DNA from: an uncultured SAR86 cluster bacterium
Lineage (GTDB): Bacteria; Pseudomonadota; Gammaproteobacteria; Magnimaribacterales; D2472
Direction of reading: 5' to 3'
Assembly (NCBI GenBank): GCA_902612915.1
Contig: CACMFH010000004.1
Span: 2,570-66,569 of the forward strand
DNA: 64,000 bases
The stretch's first letter is position 1. Each line of letters opens with the position of its first letter. The notes beneath the pieces are model-generated. The model saw nothing but the letters and a program-made list of their open reading frames with translations, had not been told where the DNA came from and did not search any database. Of this stretch, positions 1 through 10,672 are shown in pieces. A program made the translations under genes and the position numbers.

Positions 1-2
1 AT

Positions 3-1760
3 GCTGCAGGTGATACATCTCCTTTTAAGGCTGATACCTCTTCTAGTGGAGTAACCGCAGAACAATTAGAGGCTTCAATTAAAGAAAGAGCAACAGATTT
101 AGTAATTGGAACAAATACCCTTGTTTCAGGATTCTTTTTAGGTGATAACGAGAGTGCAGTCACTTCTGCTTTTGATGTATCAAAAGTTCAGGGTATGTGT
201 GCAGTTGGACCTCATGCTGCAGGAACACCTACAGATTTATGTCCAACTTATAGCTCAAAAGAGGAGAGATATATTGTTGACACTTGGTTTTCTGCTACTA
301 ACTATATCGGAGCATTTTCCCCTGGGTCTGATATAGATAACAACTGGGCTTCTGGTTGGACTTTAGGATTATTCACAGATCCTGAATGTCCAGCCGGAAC
401 ACTTGAATCAGAGGTGCTCCTAGGAAGGAAGGTATGTTCATTATCTGGAGTTCTAACAACTGATTTAACTTTAGTGGCAGGAAATTATTATAAATTGGAT
501 GGCAAGGTTGCTGTAGGTATTGATATGGGATCAGATGGAACAAAAACAGGTGGCGCTAGTGCTACATTAACAATTGAACCTGGTGTTACTGTTTTTGGAG
601 AATCTGGAAACGATTATTTGGTTGTCACAAGAGGTTCTAAAATTAATGCAGTTGGAACTTCATCCGCACCAATTATTATGACTGGTAGACAGGACATTTT
701 AGGTGAAGCAGATATTGTTAATACAAGAGGTTTATGGGGCGGATTAGTTTTGCTTGGAAAATCTCCTATTAATAAATGCTCATTTTCAACACCAGGTACT
801 TCATCAACAGCTGGAACAAGAGTTAACCCTTGTGAAAAAGACGTTGAAGGATCCGTTGGAGATACTATGGGTGGTGAAATTCCAACTGATAGTAGCGGAA
901 CTTTAAAATATGTAAGAGTACAATACGCAGGATATGAAGTTTTTCCTGGTAATGAACTTAATGGAATAACATTCGGTGGCGTTGGGAGTGGAACAGATGT
1001 TTCATATATCCAAGTTCATAATAATGCAGATGACTGTGTTGAGTTCTTTGGAGGAACAGTTGATGTTAAATACCTTGTTTGTACTGGTGCTGACGATGAC
1101 AATTTAGATATAGACTGGGGTTATCAAGGCAGGCTTCAATACGTAATTGTTCAACAATCTAATGATAAAGGTGATCATATTGTTGAATCAGATAACACTA
1201 ATTCTGATGCAGCAGTTGGTTATCTTACAGAACCTAGATCAAATGCTGTTGTCTCAAACTTCACATTTATTTCAAAAGGATTTGATGAAATATTCAAATT
1301 AAAAGAGGGTGTTTCAGGTCAATATCTAAATGGAGTTGCAGTTGTTAATAGTGCTGTAACAGGCCGAACTACAAATTGTATTGAGACAACATTTATAGAG
1401 ACTGTTCAAGCAGGTGCAGTAACACCTACATTTTCTATGAACTCTGTCGCAATGGATTGCCCTGGCTATATCAAAACAGATGCATCATCTGGTGGAGCAA
1501 CAATCGCTCAAGTTGATGCGATTGTAAAAGCTGGTTTAAACAACCTCTATGGTGCAAATTCTGGAGGAGGTTCTTATGTTAATACACTATCAGGGGTGGT
1601 CAACGGTACTGCTGAGAATGCAGCTACAGTAACAGCAATACCCGATACTTATAATAGTGATAGTTGGTTTACAACACCAACATACATAGGGGCCGTTAGC
1701 AGTGCTACTGATACTTGGTATAAGAACTGGACTTTGTCTGGAACTATAGAAGTTCAATAA
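3..1760 (+). CDS. Secreted or surface protein of unknown family. It is 5'-truncated at the window edge, has a repeated-module architecture and is a TBDR partner.
   Basis: Frame 3 is open from nt 3 with no stop before the ATG at 195, so the ORF-track start is an artefact. The core carries the motifs YVRVQYAGYEV...NGITFGGVGSGT...DDCVEFFGGTVDVKYLV...DDDNLDIDWGYQG. The stop lies 37 nt before TBDR 1 on the same strand. Confidence 0.75.
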   Translation, partial: AAGDTSPFKADTSSSGVTAEQLEASIKERATDLVIGTNTLVSGFFLGDNESAVTSAFDVSKVQGMCAVGPHAAGTPTDLCPTYSSKEERYIVDTWFSATNYIGAFSPGSDIDNNWASGWTLGLFTDPECPAGTLESEVLLGRKVCSLSGVLTTDLTLVAGNYYKLDGKVAVGIDMGSDGTKTGGASATLTIEPGVTVFGESGNDYLVVTRGSKINAVGTSSAPIIMTGRQDILGEADIVNTRGLWGGLVLLGKSPINKCSFSTPGTSSTAGTRVNPCEKDVEGSVGDTMGGEIPTDSSGTLKYVRVQYAGYEVFPGNELNGITFGGVGSGTDVSYIQVHNNADDCVEFFGGTVDVKYLVCTGADDDNLDIDWGYQGRLQYVIVQQSNDKGDHIVESDNTNSDAAVGYLTEPRSNAVVSNFTFISKGFDEIFKLKEGVSGQYLNGVAVVNSAVTGRTTNCIETTFIETVQAGAVTPTFSMNSVAMDCPGYIKTDASSGGATIAQVDAIVKAGLNNLYGANSGGGSYVNTLSGVVNGTAENAATVTAIPDTYNSDSWFTTPTYIGAVSSATDTWYKNWTLSGTIEVQ

Positions 1761-1797
1761 GGTTGTATTTAAAAAAATATATTTAATGGAGAGATAA

Positions 1798-4428
1798 ATG
1801 AAATCAAAAAATACATTAAAGTTTCTTAAGTACAACATTATTATTGGACTTTCATTGTTTTCAATTTTTAGTATGTCTCAAGAAATCGAGGAAGTGGTTG
1901 TAAGTGGTTCTTTTATCCCAGATGAAAAAAGAGATACTTCTGAAATTTCTGCGATTCTTGATTCATCTGAAATAGAAAGAACAGGAGATGATAATATTGC
2001 CATAGCTCTAACAAGATTAACTGGTTTAAGTCTTGTTAGAGGCAAATATGTTTATGTTAGAGGTCTTGGAGAGAGATATTCTGCTGCAACTTTAAATGGT
2101 TCAGGTCTTCCAAGCCCAGAACCCCTTAAAAGAGTAGTTCCCTTAGATTTGTTTCCAACCCAGCTTATTGAATCATCAATCGTTCAAAAGACCTACTCAG
2201 CAGATATGCCAGGTGAATTTGGTGGCGGTATCATAGAGATTAATACCAAAGCTGTTCCTTCAGAGAGAATTTTAGATCTATCTTTTTCATCAGGATTTAA
2301 TTCTGAAACATCCCTATCAGATGGCCTTTTGTATGATGGTGGTGATGACGATGATCTTGGATATGATGATGGTACAAGAGATTTTCCGTCATTTGTTCAA
2401 AGAGCAATAAATGGCAATCAAAAGCTTGACAGGTCAAATTTCAAAACTTATCAACTTGCAAATGCAGGTCGAGAGTTTGTTAATTCAGAACTTTGGGTTA
2501 TTCAAGAAGGTGATGTCCCCTTAGATAACTCGGTAAGCTTTACATACGGAGATGAATTAGACATAGATATTGAAAGACTTCTTGATGATGAATCTGCAAC
2601 TATCGGTGTTCTTCTTACAGCTGGCGTAAAAAGCTCTTGGGAAACTCAAGAAGGAATCAGACAAACTGGCGATATTCAAGCTCAAGGAGATGGTACTTCT
2701 ATCGTTATAAGGGGAAATGATAAGACATTTAAATCAACCTCAAATAATGTAACTTCATATCTTATGGCTGTTGCAGGCATTGAGACAGACTCTGCAGAAC
2801 TTAAATATACTGGCATGTATATTCATAAAGGTACAAAAGAGGCAAGAACCCTTCAAGGATATGATACGTCTGACTCAGGAAATGTCAGAGAAGATTTCAC
2901 TGAGTTTTTTGAAAGAGAGCTTATTAATCACCAACTTAATTATAGTTATCTTTTTCAAAATAATATACAACTTGATGTAAGGCTTGCAGGTGGTGATGCT
3001 TCAAGATATGCACCATACGAAAGAGTAGTCTTCTATGAAGATACTGATGATAGAGGCTTTTGGCGTTACGATGTAAATACAGGCAGAAATCAAACACAGT
3101 TTAGTTATGTAAATGATGATAATGAGAATTTTGGTCTCGATTTAACATTCCCATTACAACTTGGAGACCAGGAAGTAATTATAAAGACAGGGTTTGATCA
3201 ATCAAATAACTATAGAGATGCACAGGTTAGAAGTTATAGATTTTTAGCTGAGGGTGGACCAATACCAACCGATGGATTAGACAACAGAATTGATTATATA
3301 TTTGAAGATAAAAATTTTGATCCATCGAGATTAATAGTAATTGAAAATACTGCAGCTTCATCGCCAGCAGGCTATCAAGGCGATTTAGAAATTTCCTCTT
3401 TATATTTCAACCTAGATGCTTATTTAAATGAAAATTTTAGATTGGCAGCAGGCTTAAGGTTCGAAGACGGCGAACAAATGGTAAACACTTATGATGTATT
3501 CCAAATTGTTGACAACAACATAGAGAAAGTTATTGATGAAGATTATACTTTACCTTCTTTCACATTAACTTATTTACCTGAATTTGATGAAAATCTTCAA
3601 ATAAGATTTGGTCTTTCTCAAACTATTGCGAGACCAACATTTAGGGAGCTATCCCCAACATTATTTATAGATGTTGATACTGATAGGGTTATATCAGGTT
3701 CGCTATACTTGGAAAATTCTGAAATAGACAATATTGATTTAAGAGTTGAATATTATTGGGGATTTAACCAGTTCTTAACTGCAGGCTTATTCTTTAAAGA
3801 TATTTCAAAACCAATTGAAGAAGTTGTAAATGAATCTGGTGACTTAATTATTACTTCATATCAAAACGTACCTTCAGCTGAAGTGACTGGTTTTGAAATT
3901 GAGTATGAAAGAATTTATGAAGATCTATTACCTGATTCAAAATGGGGTAGCACTAAGGAATTTATTTTTAAAATGAATTTTACTGCTACTGATTCTGAGG
4001 TAATTTACAGTGATACGGATACTTATATAAATACACAAGGAAGAGAAGTTAATGCTGCCAGCTTGTTTGCAAATGGAAGAGATACAAGACTTCAAGGCCA
4101 ATCTGAAGAAATTGCAAACCTTCAACTTGGATGGGACGATTTACAAAATGGCACTCAAGGAACACTCATAGTTAATTATGTGAGTGACAGAGTTAGAGCG
4201 AGGGGTATTGACGTTCTTCCAGATATATATGAGGAACCGCCACTTCTAGTAGATTTTGTATATTCCAAAACAATATCATATGCTAGCAATGATTCTGATT
4301 TGAAGATATCACTTGAATTAAGAAACATCCTTGATGAGGAGTATTATGCTGCAATGGCGGATACTGTAATATATGATCAATATAATCTTGGAACTTCAGT
4401 ATCTTTAGGCTTTAAATTAAGTTTTTAA
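1798..4428 (+). CDS. TonB-dependent receptor (TBDR 1)
   Basis: It has a signal peptide and a TonB-box-like IEEVVVSGS. Plug motifs are [17 protein letters not shown] and [16 protein letters not shown]. The 876 aa beta-barrel ends in a C-terminal F, and a strong SD (GGAGA) precedes the start. Confidence 0.95.
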   Translation: MKSKNTLKFLKYNIIIGLSLFSIFSMSQEIEEVVVSGSFIPDEKRDTSEISAILDSSEIERTGDDNIAIALTRLTGLSLVRGKYVYVRGLGERYSAATLNGSGLPSPEPLKRVVPLDLFPTQLIESSIVQKTYSADMPGEFGGGIIEINTKAVPSERILDLSFSSGFNSETSLSDGLLYDGGDDDDLGYDDGTRDFPSFVQRAINGNQKLDRSNFKTYQLANAGREFVNSELWVIQEGDVPLDNSVSFTYGDELDIDIERLLDDESATIGVLLTAGVKSSWETQEGIRQTGDIQAQGDGTSIVIRGNDKTFKSTSNNVTSYLMAVAGIETDSAELKYTGMYIHKGTKEARTLQGYDTSDSGNVREDFTEFFERELINHQLNYSYLFQNNIQLDVRLAGGDASRYAPYERVVFYEDTDDRGFWRYDVNTGRNQTQFSYVNDDNENFGLDLTFPLQLGDQEVIIKTGFDQSNNYRDAQVRSYRFLAEGGPIPTDGLDNRIDYIFEDKNFDPSRLIVIENTAASSPAGYQGDLEISSLYFNLDAYLNENFRLAAGLRFEDGEQMVNTYDVFQIVDNNIEKVIDEDYTLPSFTLTYLPEFDENLQIRFGLSQTIARPTFRELSPTLFIDVDTDRVISGSLYLENSEIDNIDLRVEYYWGFNQFLTAGLFFKDISKPIEEVVNESGDLIITSYQNVPSAEVTGFEIEYERIYEDLLPDSKWGSTKEFIFKMNFTATDSEVIYSDTDTYINTQGREVNAASLFANGRDTRLQGQSEEIANLQLGWDDLQNGTQGTLIVNYVSDRVRARGIDVLPDIYEEPPLLVDFVYSKTISYASNDSDLKISLELRNILDEEYYAAMADTVIYDQYNLGTSVSLGFKLSF

Positions 4429-4441
4429 TTTATATATCACA

Positions 4442-4470
4442 AAAATGAGCTACACTAAGTAGCTCATTTT
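4442..4470 (+). terminator. Rho-independent terminator after TBDR 1
   Basis: Perfect 12-bp stem AAAATGAGCTAC / GTAGCTCATTTT with a 5-nt loop, ending in a T-run, 14 nt after the stop. Confidence 0.7.
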
Positions 4471-4474
4471 AATT

Positions 4475-4879
4475 ATGAATTTTATTAGATTTAAACAAGT
4501 GATAATTATAATTCTGGCTATTCCTGCGCTATATTTTTTATGTCTTTTATTTATTTCTTTTATCAATAAACCAATAATTGAAAATATAAATGTGCCAGAT
4601 ATGACAAATTTTGAATTTCAAAGTAATCAAAATGACATTCGGGATAACAATAATCAAATTGAAAGTCCCTTAACTTTTGATTATAAATTAATTGGTTATA
4701 GAGCAGGATCAAATAATTCTTCAGTAATTTTAAAAAAAGGCAACAAGGAGTATGTGGTTTCAAAAGGTGAAAAACTTGAAGGAGTATATGAGTTAATTGA
4801 AGTTTCGAAGGATGAAGTAGTATTTCGCAAAGATAAAAAATTATATAAAATTGAAAATCTTGTTGGGATTAGCTTATGA
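4475..4879 (+). CDS. gspC: Type II secretion protein GspC, minimal form (TM + HR-like domain only)
   Basis: Lies immediately upstream of gspD with an ATGA overlap. It has an N-terminal TM helix and a C-terminal segment, LIGYRAGSNNSSVILKKGNKEYVVSKGEKLEGVYELIEVSKDEVVF, that resembles the GspC HR domain. It is only 134 aa. Confidence 0.6.
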   Translation: MNFIRFKQVIIIILAIPALYFLCLLFISFINKPIIENINVPDMTNFEFQSNQNDIRDNNNQIESPLTFDYKLIGYRAGSNNSSVILKKGNKEYVVSKGEKLEGVYELIEVSKDEVVFRKDKKLYKIENLVGISL

Positions 4880-6726
4880 AATATAAATTTGTAACTAAAT
4901 ACACATTAATAACATTATTTATTGTTGCACAAAATTTATATTCCCAAGATTCATATATTTTGAATTATGAAGATGTAGATATTAGAAAAGTAACTCAAGA
5001 TATTGCACAATTTTCAAAAAAAACTATTATTCTGGATCCGCGAGTTAAAGGAAAGGTAACAATATATTCAAATGCTAATCTAGATAGTAATCAAATTTGG
5101 GACGTCTATCTAAGAACTATTCAAGTGAATGGATTTAGTGCGATTTCTGAAGACAGTTTTGTTAGAGTTGTTCCTGAAAATGAAGCTACACGTGATCAGA
5201 CTCGAGATTATTCAAATGGAGGTGGCTTTGAAACAGAAGTAATACCTTTAATAAATAGATCTACTGAAGAAATTCTCCCAATGATAAAACCCATTACTGG
5301 TAGACAATCTCATTTATCCAGTATTCCTTCAGTAAACTCAATACTAATCGTTGATCGAGCTAGTAATATTGAAAGGATTAAAGAATTACTCTCAGACTTA
5401 GATAAAAATAATACAGCTAAGATATCTATAATTAAGCTTGAAAACTTATCTTCTATTGAGGCTGTAAGAATTCTTGACAGATTAAAAGCTCAAAACAATC
5501 CAACAATAAATAAATTTATTGCAATTCCTTTTTCACCTTCAAATTCAGTAATACTATCTGCTAATGATTTAATTACCAGAAATATTATGTCCACTCTAGA
5601 TTCATTAGATAAAGATATTATGTCAAACGATTCTATGGATGTTATATACCTTAAATATGCTCAAGCCTCTGATATTGCTGGAATCCTTAACTCAATATCT
5701 GGAAGTTTTATAAGTGATATTGAGGGACAAAAAACAGTTATAACTCATCATGAGAAAACTAATGCCCTTATTATTTCTTCTGCAGAAGAAAATCTTAACT
5801 CCATTCGAAATATTATCGCTAAATTGGATATAAGAAGGGCTCAAGTATTGGTTGAGGCAATTGTAGTTGATCTTTCTGAAAGTGCTGCAAGAAGACTTGG
5901 AGTAGAAGCAATATATTCAGGTAATGACGAAGATAGTATTCCAGTTGGAATTACAAGATTTTCTGGTTCTGGTGCAGACTTGCTTGCAATTGCTGGTGCA
6001 GCTGACGATGAGCAAGACGTCACTTTGACAACAACGGCAATTTCATCTCTTCTAAATACTCAAGGCCTAGTAGCTGGTTTCGGAGATCTAACAAAAGGAG
6101 ATGATAATTTTGTTGGAATTTTAAATGCAATTGCAGATGATACAGATTCAAATATCTTATCGACTCCTTCAATTCTTGCTATGGATAATGAACCAGCAAG
6201 ATTGTTTATTGGTCAAGAAATACCAATAACAACCGGAGAAAGTCTAGGAACAAATAATTCAAATCCTTTTAGAACAACATCAAGACAAGAGGTTGGAATT
6301 GAATTGGAAATAACTCCTCAGATTAATGAGGGAGCCTCAGTGATTTTAACAATTAAGCAAGGTGTTTCAGGTATAGCTGGAGTTGCTCAAAGTGGTTTAG
6401 ATATTATTACAAATAAAAGAGAAATAGAAACAACAGTTTTAGTAGATAACAATCAAATAATTGTTTTAGGTGGACTAATTGATGAAGACGTTCAAGAGGT
6501 AGTCTCCAAGGTTCCAATTTTAGGATCCATACCTCTTTTAGGAAGGATTTTTCAATCATCTTCAACAAGTACTAGTACAAAAAATCTAATGGTTTTTTTA
6601 AAACCAACGATTCTTACTGATTCAGATTCCGCAAATGAGATTTCACTTGAAAAATATAATTATTTTAAGGCTGAACAAGAACTTAAAGATAATATTATTA
6701 TAGATCTTACTAATCCCAAAGACTAA
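4876..6726 (+). CDS. gspD: Type II secretion secretin GspD
   Basis: Signal peptide, N0/N1-type N-terminal domains, and the secretin C-domain motif VPILGSIPLLGRIFQS. Confidence 0.95.
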   Translation: MKYKFVTKYTLITLFIVAQNLYSQDSYILNYEDVDIRKVTQDIAQFSKKTIILDPRVKGKVTIYSNANLDSNQIWDVYLRTIQVNGFSAISEDSFVRVVPENEATRDQTRDYSNGGGFETEVIPLINRSTEEILPMIKPITGRQSHLSSIPSVNSILIVDRASNIERIKELLSDLDKNNTAKISIIKLENLSSIEAVRILDRLKAQNNPTINKFIAIPFSPSNSVILSANDLITRNIMSTLDSLDKDIMSNDSMDVIYLKYAQASDIAGILNSISGSFISDIEGQKTVITHHEKTNALIISSAEENLNSIRNIIAKLDIRRAQVLVEAIVVDLSESAARRLGVEAIYSGNDEDSIPVGITRFSGSGADLLAIAGAADDEQDVTLTTTAISSLLNTQGLVAGFGDLTKGDDNFVGILNAIADDTDSNILSTPSILAMDNEPARLFIGQEIPITTGESLGTNNSNPFRTTSRQEVGIELEITPQINEGASVILTIKQGVSGIAGVAQSGLDIITNKREIETTVLVDNNQIIVLGGLIDEDVQEVVSKVPILGSIPLLGRIFQSSSTSTSTKNLMVFLKPTILTDSDSANEISLEKYNYFKAEQELKDNIIIDLTNPKD

Positions 6727-6728
6727 AA

Positions 6729-8228
6729 GTGAGTAACTCGATTAAAGAAAATATAAATACAGATATTTTTCCATATGATTTTGTAAAAGAAAATGAAGTA
6801 ATTGCTTTTCAAAATGGAGAAGGGATTGTAGTCTCATCGCCAAAACCTATATCACTTAATCTTTATCAAGAAATTCAAAGATTTTTAAATTCTGATTTTA
6901 GATTTGAGTTATGTGATTCAAATAAATTTAATGAAATTCTTACTAATTCATTCACCTCAAGCGATCATCAGAAAAATATTTCTGAGGAATTAACTGATGA
7001 ATTTAATCTGCAAGATTTTGCAGGAAGTATCAACGCTACAGAAGATCTTTTAAGCGGAAATAATGACGCGCCAATCATCAAGCTAATCAATGGTGTTATC
7101 AGTCAAGCAATTAAAAGCAGGGCATCTGATATTCATTTTGAACCCTATGAAGATTTTTTAATAATACGTTTCAGGATTGATGGCATTCTTAAAGAAATAC
7201 TTAGACAAGATAGTAAGATTGCATCAATTCTCATTTCAAGAATTAAAATTATTTCTGGTCTTGATATATCGGAGAGAAGATTGCCACAAGACGGAAGAGT
7301 ATCTTTGTCTCTTGGAGATAAAAATATTGATGTAAGAGTATCAACGCTTCCGTCATCATACGGTGAAAGAATTGTACTGAGGATTTTGGATAAACAAGCT
7401 GCTCAAATAAATATAGATGACTTAGGATTACCTGAGAAAATTCTTTCAAACTATAAAAGCTCTCTTAAAAATCCTGAAGGAATTATACTTTTCACTGGAC
7501 CCACAGGTTCAGGAAAAACAACTACACTTTACTCTGGTTTAAGATATTTAAGTGATTCATCTCAAAACATTCTTACAGTTGAGGATCCAATTGAATATAC
7601 TCTTCATGGTATAGGTCAAACCCAGGTGAATACAAAAACAGGCTATACATTTGCAAAAGGTTTACGAGCAATTTTGAGACAAGATCCAGATGTGGTTATG
7701 GTTGGAGAAATGAGAGATATTGAAACCGCTCAGATAGGAATTCAATCTAGTTTGACTGGGCATCTTGTTCTATCAACCGTTCACACTAATAGTGCGGTTG
7801 CTGCAATAACTAGACTCAGAGATATGGGAATCGAGTCCTTTTTACTTGCATCAAGTTTAAGAACAATAATCTCACAGAGACTTGTGAGGAGGCTATGCTC
7901 TCATTGTAAAATTGAAAATAAGCCAACTTCAGAATCTGTAAATATATTTGGACTGGATAAAAATAAATCTGTTTTTTCTGCAAAAGGATGTGATCATTGT
8001 AATCATACTGGTTATCAGGGAAGAATTGCTATTGCTGAATGCATTCAAATAGACAAGACTTTAAAAGATTTAATTCATAATAATGCCTCTGAAAATGAAA
8101 TTTCAGATTATGTCTTTAAAGATAATCAATCTATAGATAAAGCTTCTATTGACCTAATAGTAAGTGGAGTAACGTCATGCGAAGAGATAATAAGAGTAAA
8201 TAATATAAAAGAAGATGCCAGCATATAG
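6729..8228 (+). CDS. gspE: Type II secretion ATPase GspE
   Basis: Walker A GPTGSGKTTT, an Asp box, a His box (LSTVHTNSA) and the tetracysteine CSHC...CDHC. The start codon is GTG. Confidence 0.95.
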   Translation: MSNSIKENINTDIFPYDFVKENEVIAFQNGEGIVVSSPKPISLNLYQEIQRFLNSDFRFELCDSNKFNEILTNSFTSSDHQKNISEELTDEFNLQDFAGSINATEDLLSGNNDAPIIKLINGVISQAIKSRASDIHFEPYEDFLIIRFRIDGILKEILRQDSKIASILISRIKIISGLDISERRLPQDGRVSLSLGDKNIDVRVSTLPSSYGERIVLRILDKQAAQINIDDLGLPEKILSNYKSSLKNPEGIILFTGPTGSGKTTTLYSGLRYLSDSSQNILTVEDPIEYTLHGIGQTQVNTKTGYTFAKGLRAILRQDPDVVMVGEMRDIETAQIGIQSSLTGHLVLSTVHTNSAVAAITRLRDMGIESFLLASSLRTIISQRLVRRLCSHCKIENKPTSESVNIFGLDKNKSVFSAKGCDHCNHTGYQGRIAIAECIQIDKTLKDLIHNNASENEISDYVFKDNQSIDKASIDLIVSGVTSCEEIIRVNNIKEDASI

Positions 8229-9405
8229 TTATACAGCTATTAATAAAGTTGGTACTAAGAAAAAAGGCATCATCAGTGCTATTTCAGAGAGAGAAGCAAG
8301 GAAGTTAGTAAAAGATCTTAATTTAACACCGTTAAAAATATCTGAATCTAAAAATTTAGGCAAGACTTTAAGAATTAAAAATAAAGATATTGTGCTGATG
8401 ACTAGACAACTTGCGACATTACTCGAAGCTGGCACACCAATTGTGGATTCAATCGATATAACCGCAAAACAAATTAGAAATAAAAACTTAATACAAGTTT
8501 TATTTAACCTCAAAGAAGACTTGGTACAAGGAAAAAGATTAGGCAATTCAATGAAAAAATTTCCAGGCGTTTTTTCAGATACTTATATATCAATGGTCTC
8601 AGCAGGGGACTCTTCAGGTAACTTAGATACTGTTTTTTCCAAACTTGCTGATTATCTTGAGGAAAGCGCTTCAATAAGACAAAAAGTAATATCAGCTTTA
8701 ACTTATCCATTAATTTTGATTGGATTTTCCCTTATTGTAATTATATCTTTGCTTGCTTTTGTTCTACCTCAAGTCGTCAATCAATTCATTAAGGCGGGAG
8801 CAGAGCTACCATTTATAACAAAGTTTTTAATTGGAATCTCAAATAATATTATTCCAATATTAATAGTAGTACTTTTTTTTGCTGTAGGCCTATATTACCT
8901 TTATAAGAAATATACTAATAATAAAGATAATAAGATATTTATTGATAAAAAGATTCTTGCCATTCCATTTTTAGGTAACTTTATTCTTAATTCAGAATTA
9001 GAACGATTTTCCAGTACTATGGAATTACTTTTAGCTTCAGGTACTAATCTAGATATAGCTCTAGGGGAGTGTTCAAAGATTTTCAACAATCAATATTTAT
9101 CTAATATTGTTATGAATGCCAAAAATGATGTGATTGAAGGAAAAGACTTTATAGCCTCTATGAAATATGGCCAAGTTTTCCCAGATATTTTTATTCAATT
9201 GATTTCAAGTGGTTACAGGTCTGGTAATCTTGAGAAGATGTTTAATAAGGTTTCGAATTTTATGAAATCTGAAATTGAAAATAAAAGGTCTGTATTTTTA
9301 TCACTTTTAGAGCCAATAGTAATAATTTTTATGGGTGGATTTATTATGATGATAGTTCTAGCTATACTAATACCAATTATGCAAATGAATACATTAGCAA
9401 TATGA
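8215..9405 (+). CDS. gspF: Type II secretion inner-membrane platform GspF
   Basis: Two GspF-type repeats and three TM segments. It overlaps gspE by 14 nt. Confidence 0.95.
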   Translation: MPAYSYTAINKVGTKKKGIISAISEREARKLVKDLNLTPLKISESKNLGKTLRIKNKDIVLMTRQLATLLEAGTPIVDSIDITAKQIRNKNLIQVLFNLKEDLVQGKRLGNSMKKFPGVFSDTYISMVSAGDSSGNLDTVFSKLADYLEESASIRQKVISALTYPLILIGFSLIVIISLLAFVLPQVVNQFIKAGAELPFITKFLIGISNNIIPILIVVLFFAVGLYYLYKKYTNNKDNKIFIDKKILAIPFLGNFILNSELERFSSTMELLLASGTNLDIALGECSKIFNNQYLSNIVMNAKNDVIEGKDFIASMKYGQVFPDIFIQLISSGYRSGNLEKMFNKVSNFMKSEIENKRSVFLSLLEPIVIIFMGGFIMMIVLAILIPIMQMNTLAI

Positions 9406-9839
9406 AACTAAAAGATAACGAAAAAGGTTTTACACTTATAGAATTAATGGCTGTTTTGGTTATTTTAGGTATTTTAGCGACAGTTGTTGTTGTAAGTGTA
9501 GATCCAGTTTTTCAAAGAGCGAATCTTGAAAAAATTAGGGCTGATATGGCAAACACTAATAAAGCACTCGAGTTATATAGATTTAACGAATTGTCTTATC
9601 CTTCTACTTCACAAGGTTTAGATGCTCTAGTAAAACCCCATTCTGAATTAAAGAATCCTTTTTTGTATCCTCAAGGTGGTTATATATCGGCAATTCCAAA
9701 AGATCCATGGGGAAGAGAATATATCTATGAATATCCTTCAAGACGCACTCAAAAATATGATTTATATACATTAGGTGCTGATGGCATTGAAGGAGGATCT
9801 GGTGAGGATGCTGATGTTGGAAATTGGATGCAACAATAA
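9402..9839 (+). CDS. gspG: Major pseudopilin GspG
   Basis: Prepilin leader plus GFTLIELMAVLVILGILA, and the conserved C-terminal DPWGREYIY...LGADG. ATGA overlap with gspF. Confidence 0.95.
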   Translation: MKLKDNEKGFTLIELMAVLVILGILATVVVVSVDPVFQRANLEKIRADMANTNKALELYRFNELSYPSTSQGLDALVKPHSELKNPFLYPQGGYISAIPKDPWGREYIYEYPSRRTQKYDLYTLGADGIEGGSGEDADVGNWMQQ

Positions 9840-10323
9840 AAGATATCGATCAGGCTTTACTCTTATTGAAATACTTGTCGTACTGATTATTATTGGAATA
9901 ACATCAACATTAATTACCTTAAACTTTAGCACGTTTGATTTAATAGAGAAAAAAGCTAATTCATTTCAAAAAACTGTAAGCTATTTAACGGAGGAAAGTA
10001 TTATTACAGGAAAAATTATTGGCTTATACCTAAGTTCTGATAATCAATTTGCAAAGTATCTTACAGAAGAAAATCAAAACGAAATTGATTCAAGTTACAA
10101 AAATACTTTTTGGTCTGATACAACTTCACTTAGGAAAACATTTAAATTTGTAGATGGGTCAATTATAGAACTTGATAATCAAATGCTAGATACACCAGTA
10201 ATTATTTTTTACCCATCTGGAGAAAACTCTGGCGGTCAAATAGATATTTACAACTCACAATATATTCAAAGAATAATTATTTTTAGCAATGGAAAAACTA
10301 AGGATGAAATTATCAGTTATTAA
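9775..10323 (+). CDS. gspH: Minor pseudopilin GspH (start uncertain)
   Basis: N-methylation motif SGFTLIEILVVLIIIG. The ORF-track start is a GTG inside gspG. The ATG codons at 9808 and 9814 give a more plausible short leader. Confidence 0.75.
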   Translation: MLMALKEDLVRMLMLEIGCNNKRYRSGFTLIEILVVLIIIGITSTLITLNFSTFDLIEKKANSFQKTVSYLTEESIITGKIIGLYLSSDNQFAKYLTEENQNEIDSSYKNTFWSDTTSLRKTFKFVDGSIIELDNQMLDTPVIIFYPSGENSGGQIDIYNSQYIQRIIIFSNGKTKDEIISY

Positions 10324-10672
10324 AAAAGGGTTCAGTTTAATTGAAGTAGTTGTTGCTTTATTTATTTTAAGTATTTCGGTTATAACAATCTACAATCTAA
10401 TAATTTCTACCTCAGTTTCAAGCTATGATCTTGAACAGAGATATTTGGCCAAAGAGGTAGCAAATAATCACATTGCACTTTTAAATACAATTGAAAAACC
10501 TCTAAGATCAGGAAACAGAAATGGTGAAATGATTATGGGAGGTCAAAATTGGGTTTGGGATGAAGAAATATACGATACCTCAAATGAAGATTATTTTGAA
10601 TATGAAGTACGTATTAAACTTGCAGGACAAGATAAGTATATTTATTCAACAAAAGGTTATTTAATTAAATGA
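10289..10672 (+). CDS. gspI: Minor pseudopilin GspI
   Basis: KGFSLIEVVVALFILS prepilin motif. The likely true start is the ATG at 10304 (MKLSVIKKGF). Confidence 0.8.
   Translation: MEKLRMKLSVIKKGFSLIEVVVALFILSISVITIYNLIISTSVSSYDLEQRYLAKEVANNHIALLNTIEKPLRSGNRNGEMIMGGQNWVWDEEIYDTSNEDYFEYEVRIKLAGQDKYIYSTKGYLIK

Noticed and set aside
142-336. 64-aa ORF in an alternative frame at the window start
   Set aside because: It is nested inside the long open frame 3 (3-1760), which has clear protein-like motifs. The composition of the 64-aa ORF is low-complexity and Leu-rich, typical of an off-frame artefact.
8229-8546. 105-aa minus-strand ORF, together with the many other 60-90 aa ORFs in the track (e.g. 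1590-1838, 5841-6023, 18456-18728, 34349-34600, 39362-39607)
   Set aside because: All are nested antisense or off-frame within long, motif-supported genes. None has an independent spacer, SD or recognisable motif.
9775-9839. 65-nt overlap of gspH with gspG as a possible programmed frameshift or fusion
   Set aside because: The overlap disappears if gspH starts at the in-frame ATG at 9808 or 9814. This gives a normal short prepilin leader before GFTLIE. There is no slippery sequence.
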